From Catajapyx aquilonaris (Eukaryota): a stretch of 64,000 nucleotides of DNA. The notes beneath the pieces were generated by a model. That model ran no database searches, had not been told where the DNA came from, and saw only the letters and a program-made list of their open reading frames with translations. The number at the start of each line of letters is the position of its first letter. Position 1 is the stretch's first letter. Made by a program: the position numbers and the translations under genes. The stretch lies in NCBI GenBank assembly GCA_000934665.2, contig KZ538498.1:1-64000 (forward strand), written 5' to 3'. Positions 1 through 12,428 of the stretch are shown here, piece after piece.

Positions 1-724
1 ACCTCGAGCATGGCCACAATGGGAGAGAACAAGAGAGGTAATTACCAAGCGAAAGGCATGCATTCATGGGGTTGCCTCCCTAATGGATTCCAGTCTACCC
101 TATGGGGAGGCGAACCTCTATTCAAAATGCCCGGGGAAAGGTAGGGGAATCTTCCCAGAAATGGCGCCAAATGACATCGTCGAAAGCATGGCTCAAAATG
201 ACTGCGGATTTTTGCCTTCTATGGATTTGGGTTCCTACAGATGGGGAGGGAATGAGAAAAATAAAGTTTGAAGGATCACAAAAGAGAGTAGGTAGAAAAA
301 TGCACAGTGTATAAGGTTCTCTCCTGAGATGTAACAGAGACCTTGAAGTTTGTTTCCCCGAGAGAGGACGGAATTTATTACGGGCCCAGCCCCCGGAAGA
401 TAAAAGTGAGGGAAGGCCAATCCGGAGGACCTCTTTCTTATCGGTTCCCATATGTAACGATTCCAACTTCCAAGAGATGGAAGAAAAATCGAGATTTTTT
501 CCACCCACTTCTTCACTTTTTTTCCCCACTTTTTTTGGGGGGGGGGGGAGGGGGGGGAAGGGACGAATCCTTTCGATACGGTACCATAAAACTGCGAAAC
601 TTTTACTTGTCGAATATGGTTATGTGAAATTCAAATTTATGACTCTAGAACGACCTTGAAACTGGAACAGTTGCCACATTGTTTTAGCTCCACAGCTGGA
701 CCCACTGCTTTACTTTTAAATATC

Positions 725-868
725 ACCGAAGCAAGTTGGTCCTGGGTTCGAATCAGGGGCCGGCAACCCTGACTGGGGTTTTTCTGTGGTTATCCACGCT
801 CCCCCCAGAATAATTCCGGGGTTGTTTCCGTGTAATAGGCCACAGCCGCCTCCTTCCTTCCCTATCCT
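725..868 (+). mobile_element. tRNA-derived SINE, internally deleted and truncated copy (family SINE-1)
   Basis: Starts ACCGAAGCA like the copies at 45719 and 63404. Has a B-box GGTTCGAATC and the shared central segment GGTTTTTCTGTGGTT...TTCCGGGG...TAGGCCACAGCCGCCTCCTTCCTTCCC. Confidence 0.8.
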
Positions 869-957
869 CGGCTCCATCCAATGGTGGTACAGTGCTGGAC
901 ATATTAGCCATCGCTGAATGTTTTTTTTTTTCCGGCGGCTGCGGCGGCGGCGTTCCC

Positions 958-1170
958 TGGCAACCCCGTCCGGCGGGCCAATTCAAACACCAGCCCATGG
1001 AGAGCGCTTCCATTGTTGCCACTGTTTACAAATCGAACGAGTGACGCGGACGACCCAGCGACGGGTCTCTTCTGCCTGCGCACTCACTCACTCGATTTGT
1101 CAACAGTGGCAGCAATGGAAGCGCTCTCCGTGGGCTGGTGTTTGAATTGGCTCGCCGGACGGGGTTGCCA
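958..1170. mobile_element. Fold-back (palindromic) MITE-like element
   Basis: Arms of ~80 bp: TGGCAACCCCGTCCGGCGGGCCAATTCAAACACCAGCCC... and ...GGGCTGGTGTTTGAATTGGCTCGCCGGACGGGGTTGCCA are near-perfect reverse complements. No TSD could be resolved (N at 1171). Confidence 0.75.
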
Positions 1171-2739
1171 NCCCCCCCCCTAATGGAGCGCCGATTCTCC
1201 CAATGGTGTATAAATAAAAAATATATATAATTAAAATATATATCTAACCACACTTTTTTGCGTTACTTGGTCCGTAGTAGATTCAATCTAGATGGCAGCA
1301 CCGATGAAAGCAAAAAAGACTTCCCTTTACCTCTAGAAAAGTCGATGCAAATGCTAAAGTGAGATCCCCTACCGAGTGCAATATACACAGGAAAGATCAG
1401 TCCTTTTTCTTTCCACCACATCTCCCTTCTCTCCCCTCCTTCTCTCCCCTTTTCTTTTCCTTTTTCACCTCCGCCTTTCTTCCCGGCGAGTCAAAGGGCG
1501 TCTCCCAGTCCACAATCCCCTAATGGGGAAGCATCCCAAATTCAAAGCATAATTCCCGGAGAGCAGAGAAAGCCTATAAGGAACTAAGTTTCTCTTCTCC
1601 TTTCCCGCCCCCCCCCCTTTCCTTCTCTCCCCCCCAAATTAAATTCCTGACTCTGCTCCCTAACCCTGTCACAAGAAATAAAATTCGTCCCAGGACCATG
1701 ACCAAATGAAAGTTTGAGAACTTCCGAATTGATTTGGAGGATGGTGTGCAAGGGGGTGGAGGAAGAAGAGGTGTGGAGGGTGGGAAGAAGGGAAGAAGAA
1801 TGAACCGACTCTTCTTCCTAGGCATTTCAAACCCTTTGGTGCAAAACTTTGCTAACTAATGGAAATAGCATGGTGTCGGAAAAGGGAGTGTTATCCAGCA
1901 GTTTAGTACTGTACAGGTCAAAAAGCTTAGTCCTTGACCCGATATTTTTTTTAAACCTACAAAATGCATTTTGCAGATTTCACTTTCTCCCAAGATATTT
2001 TCCAGATGTTAACAAAACCTTGAGTCACGAAAGGCCCCCCCAATTTCTTTTGGTAGTGGGTGGTGGGTGGTAAAGTTCACCTCCAAAGGCCACCAATAAA
2101 GAAGCGTTTCATGGGCAGCCGGAAAAAGAGATCGATCTAGCGCTCGTCTTGCTCACCTCCCCTACCCTCCCTCCGACGCCAAATGGACATGGGAAGCCGC
2201 CCATTCCTCTCCTCCGGTTGGCGTCCATGCGTGCCGCATTCAAGTGTCCAACAGATGTCGTCGCTGCCCACTGATATCGCTCGTGTCTCGCGAGACCGCT
2301 CACTTTTCACGCTCAGGACTAGACCAAGGATCTCTCACCCCCCCCCCCACCCCCCACCNGTCAAATTGAGAAATTTTCTTCCTACCCACCCATCCGCCTG
2401 GAGGGAACTGGTTTCATTTTTGTAATAGCCACTACACATCGATCCTTCGATGCGACACTGTTCAACACGACTGGATGTATAGGAGTTTGCTACTTGACAG
2501 GTGGCACACGATCAGCCAATGAATACGAAAGTGGACAAGCCTCCAAATGTGTGGTTGTAAATGTGGCTGGCTGCGATCTATCATCTCCTAGTAGCTGGTA
2601 AGCTCCAACTTTGGTGTGAAAGCTGACCTCAATAGGTCACTCAAGAGTCACCACACTGGCTTAATTTCTGGCATGGAGAAATACCGTTATGAGAGGTTGC
2701 GAGAAACCAGCCCCCGGACACTTCCCCTACAATCTTATC

Positions 2740-3005
2740 TTATCGCCTCCCGGGGCGTTTTGCATTGTTTTGCTGTGTTATGTGGCGACCCTACCGGACT
2801 ACGCTGAACTTTATAGGTACAAAAGGGAAGCGCTACATTGGGGGACCCAACATGGTCGCCGGCGGCCATGTTGGGCATGTAGCGGCTTCTTATCTACCTT
2901 AGTTCAGCGTAGTCCGGTAGGGTCGCCACATAATACAGCAGTGAAAAGCTGTCTCACGGCGCTCTCAAGTGAGCACCTCATGCAAAAAGCCCCGGCAGGC
3001 GATAA
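2740..3005. mobile_element. Fold-back element; degenerate arms may extend to ~2560-3352
   Basis: 2771-2810 and 2901-2940 are reverse-complementary at 39/40 positions. 2740-2765 pairs with 2980-3005. The central palindrome is CCCAACATGGTCGCCGGCGGCCATGTTGGG. Confidence 0.75.
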
Positions 3006-4965
3006 TAGGGATTGTGCAGACCTTCGTATTCTAAGACCATGCGAGAAACTGAGGCAATGCCGCTACCGGGGCTGCTTCACGACTACCTCATCCGATACAT
3101 CCACCAGCGCCATTTGTTGGCAAAACTGGCCAACTGCAAACAAACTCCATCTCGTGGATGCAATCTCGTACTTTACGCGTAACTTCACCAGTTCTACATA
3201 AACGCAAATTGTGCGCAGCTCCAAATGAATTCTCGTCGGTTCCCATCTTTCCTCGCTCAATCTCCAAAATGAAACCCTTTCCCGTGTGATCTAAATGAGA
3301 CAAAGCTGGGGTAGCATATTATAGGTTGTGCCTGTAGGAAAGGCAGCCACAGCTTTATTCGGCGAGGAAGCGGCGTTAATTTCCATAGATCGATAGAACG
3401 GCATTAGTGGTCCAGCGTCTCTCTTTGAAACCAATTCATTGGATGGATGACTAGACTGATGGCTGCCGCTGCTGCTGGACCTGTACTACCCCAGTATGCT
3501 CAGCTCTGAATCAACTGTTCTATGTGCGCTTTACAGATTGTCTACCGTTTTCCGATCCCAGCTTTCAACGGTCGGGGAGGGGAGGAGGGGGGGGGGGATA
3601 GGCAAATAGATTGAGAGTGCTTCTCTATTTTTCGAAACACTACATTACATTCCAAGGCTCGCAATTTTGAACGCAATTCAACCAACTCCAGCCTTTTGGA
3701 GATACAAAATCTCGTACCTAGCATTATTGGAATCAGAGGCGAATCGGAGTTCATTAAGTGGGTTTGAAATAGAACCAGAAAAAAAATCTATGCGGTTCAA
3801 TCTCCAAACCTTCCCGCAGGTGATTCTATATATAGCGTAGCAGGCACTTATCCATGACCCGCCTTAAATTTGTTCTCCTTCACATGCACCAGCTTCAATA
3901 AGCCAGGACATAGTGTTAGATGGTGACTTGGGGACATTTTACGACGCAATTTCCTCCGGTCAAAAACCAAATAGAAAAAAAAACGCGGCTTTATCGTTCG
4001 GCCCCGAAACGACAACTATTATATCCTGGACGAGATTTTAACGCCAGTGGAGCCTAATGTCTTTTAGCTCAGGTGCAATTATTTCCTAATTGGGTCGCCT
4101 GATAAGGAAAATTGCACTATCCGGTCGCGGCGGGTGTCGAGCACCAGGAAAAGAGACGCGGACTTTTATGAGTAATAGCCAATGTCCTCTCGCTTAGCCA
4201 AGATTACGACCAAACGACTAGGAATTCCTCCCGTGCAAGCAACAGCAAACCTTAAAGGGAGGGAAAAAAATATCCGGAGGCAAGAATCCGGAGGCTAGAA
4301 AACGGAGGCAATATCAGGAGCGAGGGGATCGTCGGCTATTGACAGAAAAGATCAGTAATTAATCGGGCGCGCGCCAATGAGGGCAGCTAAGTAATCAATA
4401 TGCACGTCAAAGCCTAATTCCCTGGGCAAACAGCAGGGGGAAAAGGGGACGACATGGGAAAAAGGGGCTCCCGGAACGTGAGAAACGTTTAGGTTGGCTC
4501 CCTTGTACCGTACTTTTGCACCTCAACATTCCGTCGGCTCCATAATGCAAAACCCTCCACTAATCATCGGTTTGACACTGACCATAGCACAAAAAATTTC
4601 TGGCCATATAGGGGTTCTTGATCAACAGGTAGAATCTGGTCATAATATGCTGGAAGTGCTCCGACGCACGCAACATGACCGCACACCTGATCGCACACAG
4701 CTGATGAAAGGCAGGCGGGGAGAGACAGGATTACACGGCTGGTGGTGGGGGTCTTCAAAGGGAAGTAGCAACGTCCGTGTGCAAATGTCAGCCGGAAACG
4801 TTGATCTACTTGTGAAACCGCTTATCCTGCAGGTAAATACGTCACGTGTGTCATCCCTGACAGGCCCTATTACACTCGAGATTAAGCGAAAATGGTGTCA
4901 AAAATGTCTTTCATCTAGTTCCAATCCTGGCCATTCGAGTGACGCCACTGTCGCTGAAAAACCAC

Positions 4966-5195
4966 GACCCTTAAGCCACTCTGACCGTTGAGCCATCTGA
5001 CCATTGAACCTGGCTGACCGTTGAGCCACCCGACCGTTGAGCCAGCCTGACCGTTGAGCCAGCCTGACCGTTGAGCCAGCCTGACCGTTGAGCCAGCCTG
5101 ACCGTTGAGCCACGCTGACCGTTAAGCCATTCTATCCGTTAAGCCACTATCCCCTTAAAACCACTATGGCCTTAAAACCACTGGCCTTAAAACCA
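4966..5195 (+). repeat. Minisatellite, 17-bp unit CTGACCGTTGAGCCAGC, grading into CCTTAAAACCACT units
   Basis: Tandem units are directly visible; the central copies are identical and the flanking copies diverge. Confidence 0.9.
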
Positions 5196-8100
5196 ATTTC
5201 CCAAATATTATGGCAGGTGCAGTGTCGCTACCAGTTCCCTGAATATTCTCCGCAATCTTGTCAACTAGAATCTGGAGACAAGTCCCCTATTCAGGGATTG
5301 GGGGACTGTCTCTTATAGGAGACAACTTAATCCGCCTCAATTGATACCGGAGTGATACACAAACACACAAAATAAAGCCTGGTCCTAATTGGTGGAATTC
5401 AGGTTTAGAAACTGGGTACTATACAGATTGCAGAGAAAGGCACGGCTGATGGCGGGGGGAGGGGGAAGGATGGGGAGGGAATAGAGGCACAGAGGAAAAA
5501 AAAGTGAAACTCCAGATTCCAGCGGATTACAGGGCTCGTGTAATATAAGCCAAGTTGGCAGCTTCTAGAGAAGACTTAGCTGGGAAGTTAATAATATGGT
5601 CGACTCAATTGGAATCCAACAGTATTAAGTTAGAGCTACTTTTAAAGGTTAGGGAGGTAAGTTCAAAATAGTCCGCAGAATTTGAAAATTATGTTGTAGC
5701 CTGCTCAGAGCCTGCTATTAATTCAAATTATACAGCCTGCAAAGAATACGCCCCCTTCCCTTTTGTCGCCCAGAGCAGCAGCAGGTAGTGTATATCGTCG
5801 CTAATTGCCGCTATGTTAATTTTGGATGAGGTAAACGTAATTAAAATTACATTGGTGCACACACTGCAGGCGAAATCAATCTTTGAAAAATGCAGAGACA
5901 TTTTAGGCGCAATATTGGCACACTTTCTCATGATTAGTCACGCTCGTTTGAGCTGGGTTAAAATCCAACGATGAGCTGGCATTCGTTGACCTTTGTACCT
6001 TGCCATATCTTGAGTAGGAACCTTGCGTAACTCCGGTGCGTTTCATCTCAAGCCTGAGTGACCACCGAAGTTCCCATCTCGCCGCGTCCCGGAATGACAA
6101 ATTAAGCCCACTGGCATTAATTAAAACTGTGGCACCGTGGAAACTTGTCGCAAGTCCAAATGAAACCTGCGCATCTGGGGTTAAATGCTAGGTCACCCAC
6201 TTAGGTTACCAATAGATAACCACAATTATTTGTACAGAATCTGATAATTCTTTTTCAAATATTAATGTGAAATTTCTTATGTCTATTGTTTGTCCGCACC
6301 GTAGCGGAGTTGGGATGTCGGGGTGGGCTCCCGACATGTTGACAACGTCGCAAACATGGCGGTTCATCCCTCACATTTAAAAAATAAATTATTTAACAAT
6401 TTAAATTTCAAAAAGTGACTATGCAGGTACATAGCCACGTTGCAAAAAACAGACAAAAACAAATATTGCAAAGGCAGCGAATATTTGCGAGAAAGGTGTT
6501 CGCGAATCCTGGCCCCGGATTTTGGCAATATGCCTATTGCCCTTGTACACCTGATTGGCTGTGTCCCAAAGGCCCACGTTTGCCAAAAGCCTGCTGACAT
6601 ATCCCAGACCTCCCCCCCTCACCCAAACCCCCCGTCTCCGGACCCACGACCCCCCCCCCCCCTCAGTATTTTTTGTCCCCCTTTTGAGGGGGAGGTCGCA
6701 ACGCCAGTGGTCATTAGGAAGATTGCCTCTATTCCGCAGCAAACCGGCTTTTTGTGTACGTGAGGTTTGCGTGTGTTGCTCACCTCAACTGGTCTAAGTC
6801 CGCGGGCAATTTTGGCACATAAAAAGGGCACAGACAAATTAGAGAAACGCACGGTTTAGAACTCACCGTGCATTTATACTGCGACAAAATGTAGCCGGTG
6901 CTATTTTAGGCAATGTATACAATTAGACTCACGAATTGAAATTTTGTCACATTTTTGCTACCAAAATTTCAACATGGATCACGGTTTTATCCGTTCTGAA
7001 TATCCTCCATAGGTCATAGCAGATACTAGGAGGTGGGTATTGCCATCATACCATTGAAGAAACATTTCTCCGAACACAGGTGCAATACTGCTACATTTTT
7101 CACGCTCTTGTTATTCCACAAAATATGTCCGGAACATGAACCTGCGACACGTCTTACATTTTTTTCCATGGGCTCATAAAACTACGGAAGGTTCCTCTTT
7201 CATTTATGACTACCACCGGTTCTGGTATTTTTTTTATAGAATTCCATGGATGCGGTGTTACCACGCAGAGGGTCAAAAGAAGTGATATAGACCTAGCCTA
7301 ACGACCATACGGTCACATAACTAACCACTGCATAATGGTTGCAAATTTTCCTCGCAAATAGTGGGCGCACTTTTTGAGTCCGAATTTTAATCTGGTTGAA
7401 GAGAAGTTTGATTTGAGCCCTGATTAGAAAGTTAACAACATTGTCTTTAACCCTTCTGCAGGCCTGTAAAAGCCGTTCTCCCTCGCTGAAATACGCTCTT
7501 GAGTGTAGTTCTACATTTATGACACCTCTATCACTTCCTTCCTCGCATTTGCAATGTGCCAGGAAAGTCATACAATATTCATCCTTTCATAACATGCGAG
7601 GCAGTGACATGGCGCGCGAATGGCCTCTCTGGTAATCGCAGACTCGATGAAATCTATTCGGGCACAGCGTATGCCGCATTCAAAACTTTTTTTTTTTTCC
7701 TTTCAAAAACAGTCCCAAAAAACTGGGGGTTAAATTATATGAATCCAAGTTAAAGAGTTAGTTTAGAAGGGTGTGATCGCTTTTCCCAAGATGGCGCCAG
7801 TTTTGTGCGATTTATGATGTGAAGTGGTCTCTGAGTTTAAAACGGATTAATATGTGATGGTATTTTACTTAATGAAATATTTATTATAGACTGCGCGGTT
7901 TTAACCAGACTCAAGTCAGCTGTTTCGAAACAACGTTGTCCAAAATGCTTTATTCATGTAAAGGAAGTGTCGCCTTCTGTTATCGTTCGCCAGATGTAAA
8001 TATTTAAGCTAGCGGACCCTCCGTTTTATCTTGGACTCTATTTATATAACCTTAATAGACCACTACCGTACATATTTTGTGACTCATGCGTTTCTAACAC

Positions 8101-9517
8101 GACCGCACAGGATTTCTCCAAATGAATTCGTCAAGACCATGCAGTATCGTCACGTCTCAAAGTGACGTGTAATAGCCTAGGTCAACTTTCATGTCGCTCC
8201 AAATGTGCACTAAAGCCGTAATAAAACTGTCTAGGTAAAGGAACACCCTGTGCCATGTGTACCAAACTGGAAGTGAAATTTCTGAATATTAACCTCCCGG
8301 TATTGAAACTTGCTAATCCATCTCCATAAACTTTCTTAGACCGATCATAGTGTTTCTTGCATCCCCCTAGTAACCTGTCCCCCCTTACCATCCATTATAG
8401 ACCCTGGAGGTTCTAAAACTGATTAATTGGGGGAGGAAAGCGCATTAAAATGCAAACCGGAAGAGCCTGAGGGTGGGAATTGGAAGGTTGGAAGAGGGAC
8501 CAGGAGGGTGTAGACTTTGGAGAACGGTAAGCTCTTTTCGAGAAAGGAATAATCCTGACCCGTGAAAAAAAAAAAGTAGGAGCTCAATAGACATGAGTAA
8601 CTTCCCTATGAAGCTCCATTTTGGGACGGTCCCAAAATATCAACTGGAATTATTTCCACCTCCCTGCTTATCGATTCATTATGTAGTGGTTTCGCAAATA
8701 TCATTCCGGTGGCCAGGGGACTTTGCGATAGATTATTTGGCCGGCAGATGGCGCAAATTAAATTATTCGTCATGTGGCGTGGAGTACAAATGGATACGCG
8801 GATTAATATCGTCAGACAGCGGGGTTTATTTGCTCTTATGAGTGATTATGCGCCGTGTGTTCTGCCCTGCTCTTAAAAAACACACATTTTCAGAACAGGT
8901 GTCATATACTCCCTCATCATATGCACCTTTAATTGCCAGTCATTAATCTTGAGCAAGTCGCAAATCAATCACTTTTGCAAACATCTATATTGACAACGGA
9001 TGCCGTGGCTAATGTTTTCGTCATGAAATATGTCAGAATTGTTATCGGCAGATTACGAAACGACGCTTTCCCCTTCATTTACGACTGAAAGTACTAGCAA
9101 TTAAAGTCTCCTGAAAAGATAGCATCACCACACCCCAGAACAAAAAAAAGAGCGGTCGATGCCCGACGTTTATTTCGGTCACACACGTAATGGTCGAGAT
9201 TGATATTTAATCACCACCCATTGATAATTCAAGAGGGCGTTATACATGGTCGGCCATAACTATTCTATAGCCCCCCTTCAAACCACCATCCCACCCAACC
9301 CCCGTTCTATCCTGAAAAACGACAGAAAAAGGGGTCGAGCGTCACGAAAACCCGAAGCTCTCTACGTATCAGATAGGATCATACACGGTCTTATCCGTCG
9401 CTGTAAAACGCTATTACACGGCTCACGCATCCAATAACTAGAAAACTACGGGAGCCCATTTCGATAAACCAGCATTCCAATCCCTCCCCTCCACATTTTT
9501 TTACCCAGGTTTATCAG

Positions 9518-9553
<36 letters not shown>

Positions 9554-9566
9554 NCCCCCGCCCCCC
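9518..9566. repeat. Poly-C tract
   Basis: About 49 nt of C with one N and one G. Confidence 0.95.
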
Positions 9567-11548
9567 AAGCCCCGGAAGGCCACAAGACATTTTCCGCAAT
9601 GTGGCCGCGAGATACCTGAACAAAAAAAGCATCGCTGCTATATCATCGCAGTTACTGCCTGTACACTAATTTTAGCCGTCTCTCTGCTATTTATGTGACT
9701 CGTGTCATGGGCGTACTAAGTTCAAATTAATGTGATAATTAAGCAACGATTTGACCTAGCTTGTTACATGCTATAGTACCTACATCCTAACTTCTCACAA
9801 AAAATAGGCATGTTCTAAATATTTGCGACATCTGTGGTTAAGCCATGCACGGTAGGGTTTCAAAAGAGCATTTCTTTTGTACGGCACTGTGCCCACCATC
9901 TGTTCCACCAATCAAATCGCTTAGGGTATCTGGTGTGGAGTGGAGGTGGACGTTATGAGAAGTTATGCTGTGTGTACTATAGTGAATACTGGCTCTTTAT
10001 GCCTTAACGGACTAAATGGCAGATAAAATCCTTCTTTAGTGGTATAAGTAACTCAAAGCCATCTAAATTGGACTTAGATTTCTCGTGCATCCCGACCATA
10101 TGGTGTTTACTTCCAATTCCCAGTCCGCATGTTTTTGAGAGTCTTATCTAGACGAGTTCTGAACAGGAATGAATAGTCCCTTTGAAGGCGTATTGACGAC
10201 TGGCTTTACATCTTTTGGTGTGGTGGTTCAGTATTTAAGCTGAGTACAAATCTGCTTCATCATTTTCAAAAGAAGGGTCGACGACCAGTGACCATAGCAA
10301 CACCAATATAATTATATATTGTTCAGTTCCAAATGAGAGCGAATCTGTATAAACCAACCGTGCCCATGATGCAAAAAAGTTCGCATTTTAGGTCACCCAC
10401 TAATGACATAACTATTCTAACTTCTGAACTTTCATACAAAATCCGTCTATATTTACTATCAGGACTTGCCTATGCATATGTCAAATAACAGATACTCAGC
10501 CCCATGGTCTCTGATGGCAAAGTCCAGTCGAACTAGGACGTGCAGTATTCAGACTAGGTCCCTTTTAGATCCCAAACGCTAGGAATTGAGGTCACACTCG
10601 ACACCTCTTGTAGAAGTGCTTAGGGCCACAGTGTGGATCAGTGTAAAACTGGTGGGGAAAAGAGGAGTCGTGCGCCTACTCCCGAATAGGGATCGATGTT
10701 ACAAGAGCGGAATCCTCCACGTCGTTTTTGCACAATGTCGGCACGGAATCAAATTGCGTCACAAAACTCGTCCGGAAAAAAGGGTTACACACCCCAAGGG
10801 TTACTTTATAACGACAGGTCCTTTTTCGTACCCCTACCCCCCACACCACCCCCTTTTGCCCTAGAAAAGCAAGAAAAAACGCCCCCTGAGGAGTTTGGGC
10901 GTGTTCCTAAGTGAAATTGCCGCAATAAGGCTAGAGAAAGAGGGAGATTTAAACCGTTCTCATTCGTAATAATCAAGGCAACGTTAATGGGAAAGGAACT
11001 AAGAATTATGCATACTTTTATTCTCTAACTTCCTCTCAGTAAAGCTGCAAACTTTATTGCGCTCTTAGCTGAGCAACTTCCTGTAATGAGGATACCGGGC
11101 AAGAAAAGGAAAGAAAAAAAACTGGCGGAAATTTCGCACTTGTAAACGAGGTCAGTCTTGGAATAATTCAAAAATATTGAATCCAGTCCGATCCTGTTCA
11201 CACCCTCTCATATTTCTTTTGAAAACACAGAGTCCCGCTGATTCCGGTCGTTTTCCGTAGGATCATTTTTGCGAGGCCGGCGCCATTGAAGAAAGAGCGA
11301 GATTTCGGCCAAGAATCTGGCATCACTCGGGATAATAAAGAAGGCCGTAAATGGCAGCCGGAGCCTTTTCACTATCCTATCTGGAGGCATACATTATGAC
11401 CCTTTGACCGCCATTTAGCGTTCATCCTCGCCAGAGAGATCTTCATCTGTTTAAGGGAGTGCTAGCAAATCATGGCGCCTGCACGCGCATGCGCAACACT
11501 CTCGCTTGGAAAACCACGCTACCGTGTGTTTCATCTGTACTCGTACTA

Positions 11549-11729
11549 CAGTGAAACCCCTCTAAGTTGGACACTCCCGGTTCCACAAAAAATGTCCAAC
11601 ATAGAGGGGTGTCCAACTCAAGATAGGTACTGTGTACAGTGGCTTTTCCACGGTTCCTACAAAAATGTCCAACATAGAGGGGGTGGTGTCCAACATATTG
11701 GGGTGTCCAACAACAGCAGGGTTTTACAG
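11549..11729. mobile_element. Tigger/pogo-like (Tc1/mariner) MITE
   Basis: TA|CAGTGAAACCCCTCTAAGTTGGACAC ... GTGTCCAACAACAGCAGGGTTTTACAG|TA. TA TSD and internal repeated TGTCCAAC motifs. Confidence 0.75.
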
Positions 11730-11752
11730 TACATACTGTAGATGGTGCTCAC

Positions 11753-12428
11753 CTTGAGTAGTCCTTCCCTCAGATTGGCGACCCCCATCTTGAGGTGTAT
11801 GACCACGTCATACAACGCACACACCACAAGTACTGTCACCCCCTGCTCTTTGGTCAACATGGCGCAGGCGGCGAAAAACAGGCTGGCACCCAGATACAGG
11901 TACGTCCTCTTTTTCCTATCCCTACACGCACTATCCCCCTCAGCACTATTGTCCTCCACCACTGACCCCCATCGTCTGACCCTTGGCTGTAAGGTCACCA
12001 CCACTAACTCGTCTTTGTCCCTAAACCTGACATGGGCGTGGTATGATAAGAAGGCCAGAAGGAAGAAGATACAGGAGGCCACGTCTGCCCTTCCCACGAT
12101 GCCGGCCACTGCCTCGGTGTGTATCGGATGAGAAGCGAAGGCCAGCCCGGCCACGTACGTAGGTACGTACGAGGTTGGGCCGAACAACCTCCGACACAGA
12201 AGTACCACCAGTCCAGTGGCGGTGCAGTGGAGAAGGACGTTGACTAGGTGGTAGCCCAGGGGCCGAAATCCGCCTAGGAGGTAGTTCAGGCGGAAGCTGA
12301 ATGTGCACAGCGGTCGATATGACTTGTGTGACCCGGAGTGGGTCAGCGGCGTGCCCCAGAAGTCGTTCTCTAGGAGGCTTGACAGCGGGGTCGACGGCAA
12401 TACGTCCTGGTTGCTCAGGATGGCACGG
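11753..12428 (-). CDS. TMTC2: Internal coding exon of a protein O-mannosyltransferase TMTC2-like gene (transmembrane and TPR repeat-containing), N-terminal membrane region; partial CDS
   Basis: Translation RAILSNQDVLPSTPL..NDFWGTPLTHSGSHKSYRPLCTFSFRLN..YHLVNVLLH..FASHPIHTEAVAGIVGRAD..MLTKEQGVTVL..YDV matches TMTC-family motifs. THSGSHKSYRPLC and KEQGVTVL are TMTC2-type as I recall the vertebrate protein. Minus-strand acceptor ttctctctttccAG|C at 12429/12428 and donor AAG|GTGAGC at 11753/11752. Length 676 nt = 1 + 225 codons. Confidence 0.93.

Noticed and set aside
4494..4991. 165-aa ORF and its antisense frames
   Set aside because: No recognisable domain, and the antisense frames contain stops and no TMTC motifs.
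11657..12400. ORF-track 247-aa ORF taken as a complete gene
   Set aside because: Its start is an internal TTG (Leu) and its last 31 residues are read-through into the intron and MITE. The splice sites define an exon at 11753-12428.
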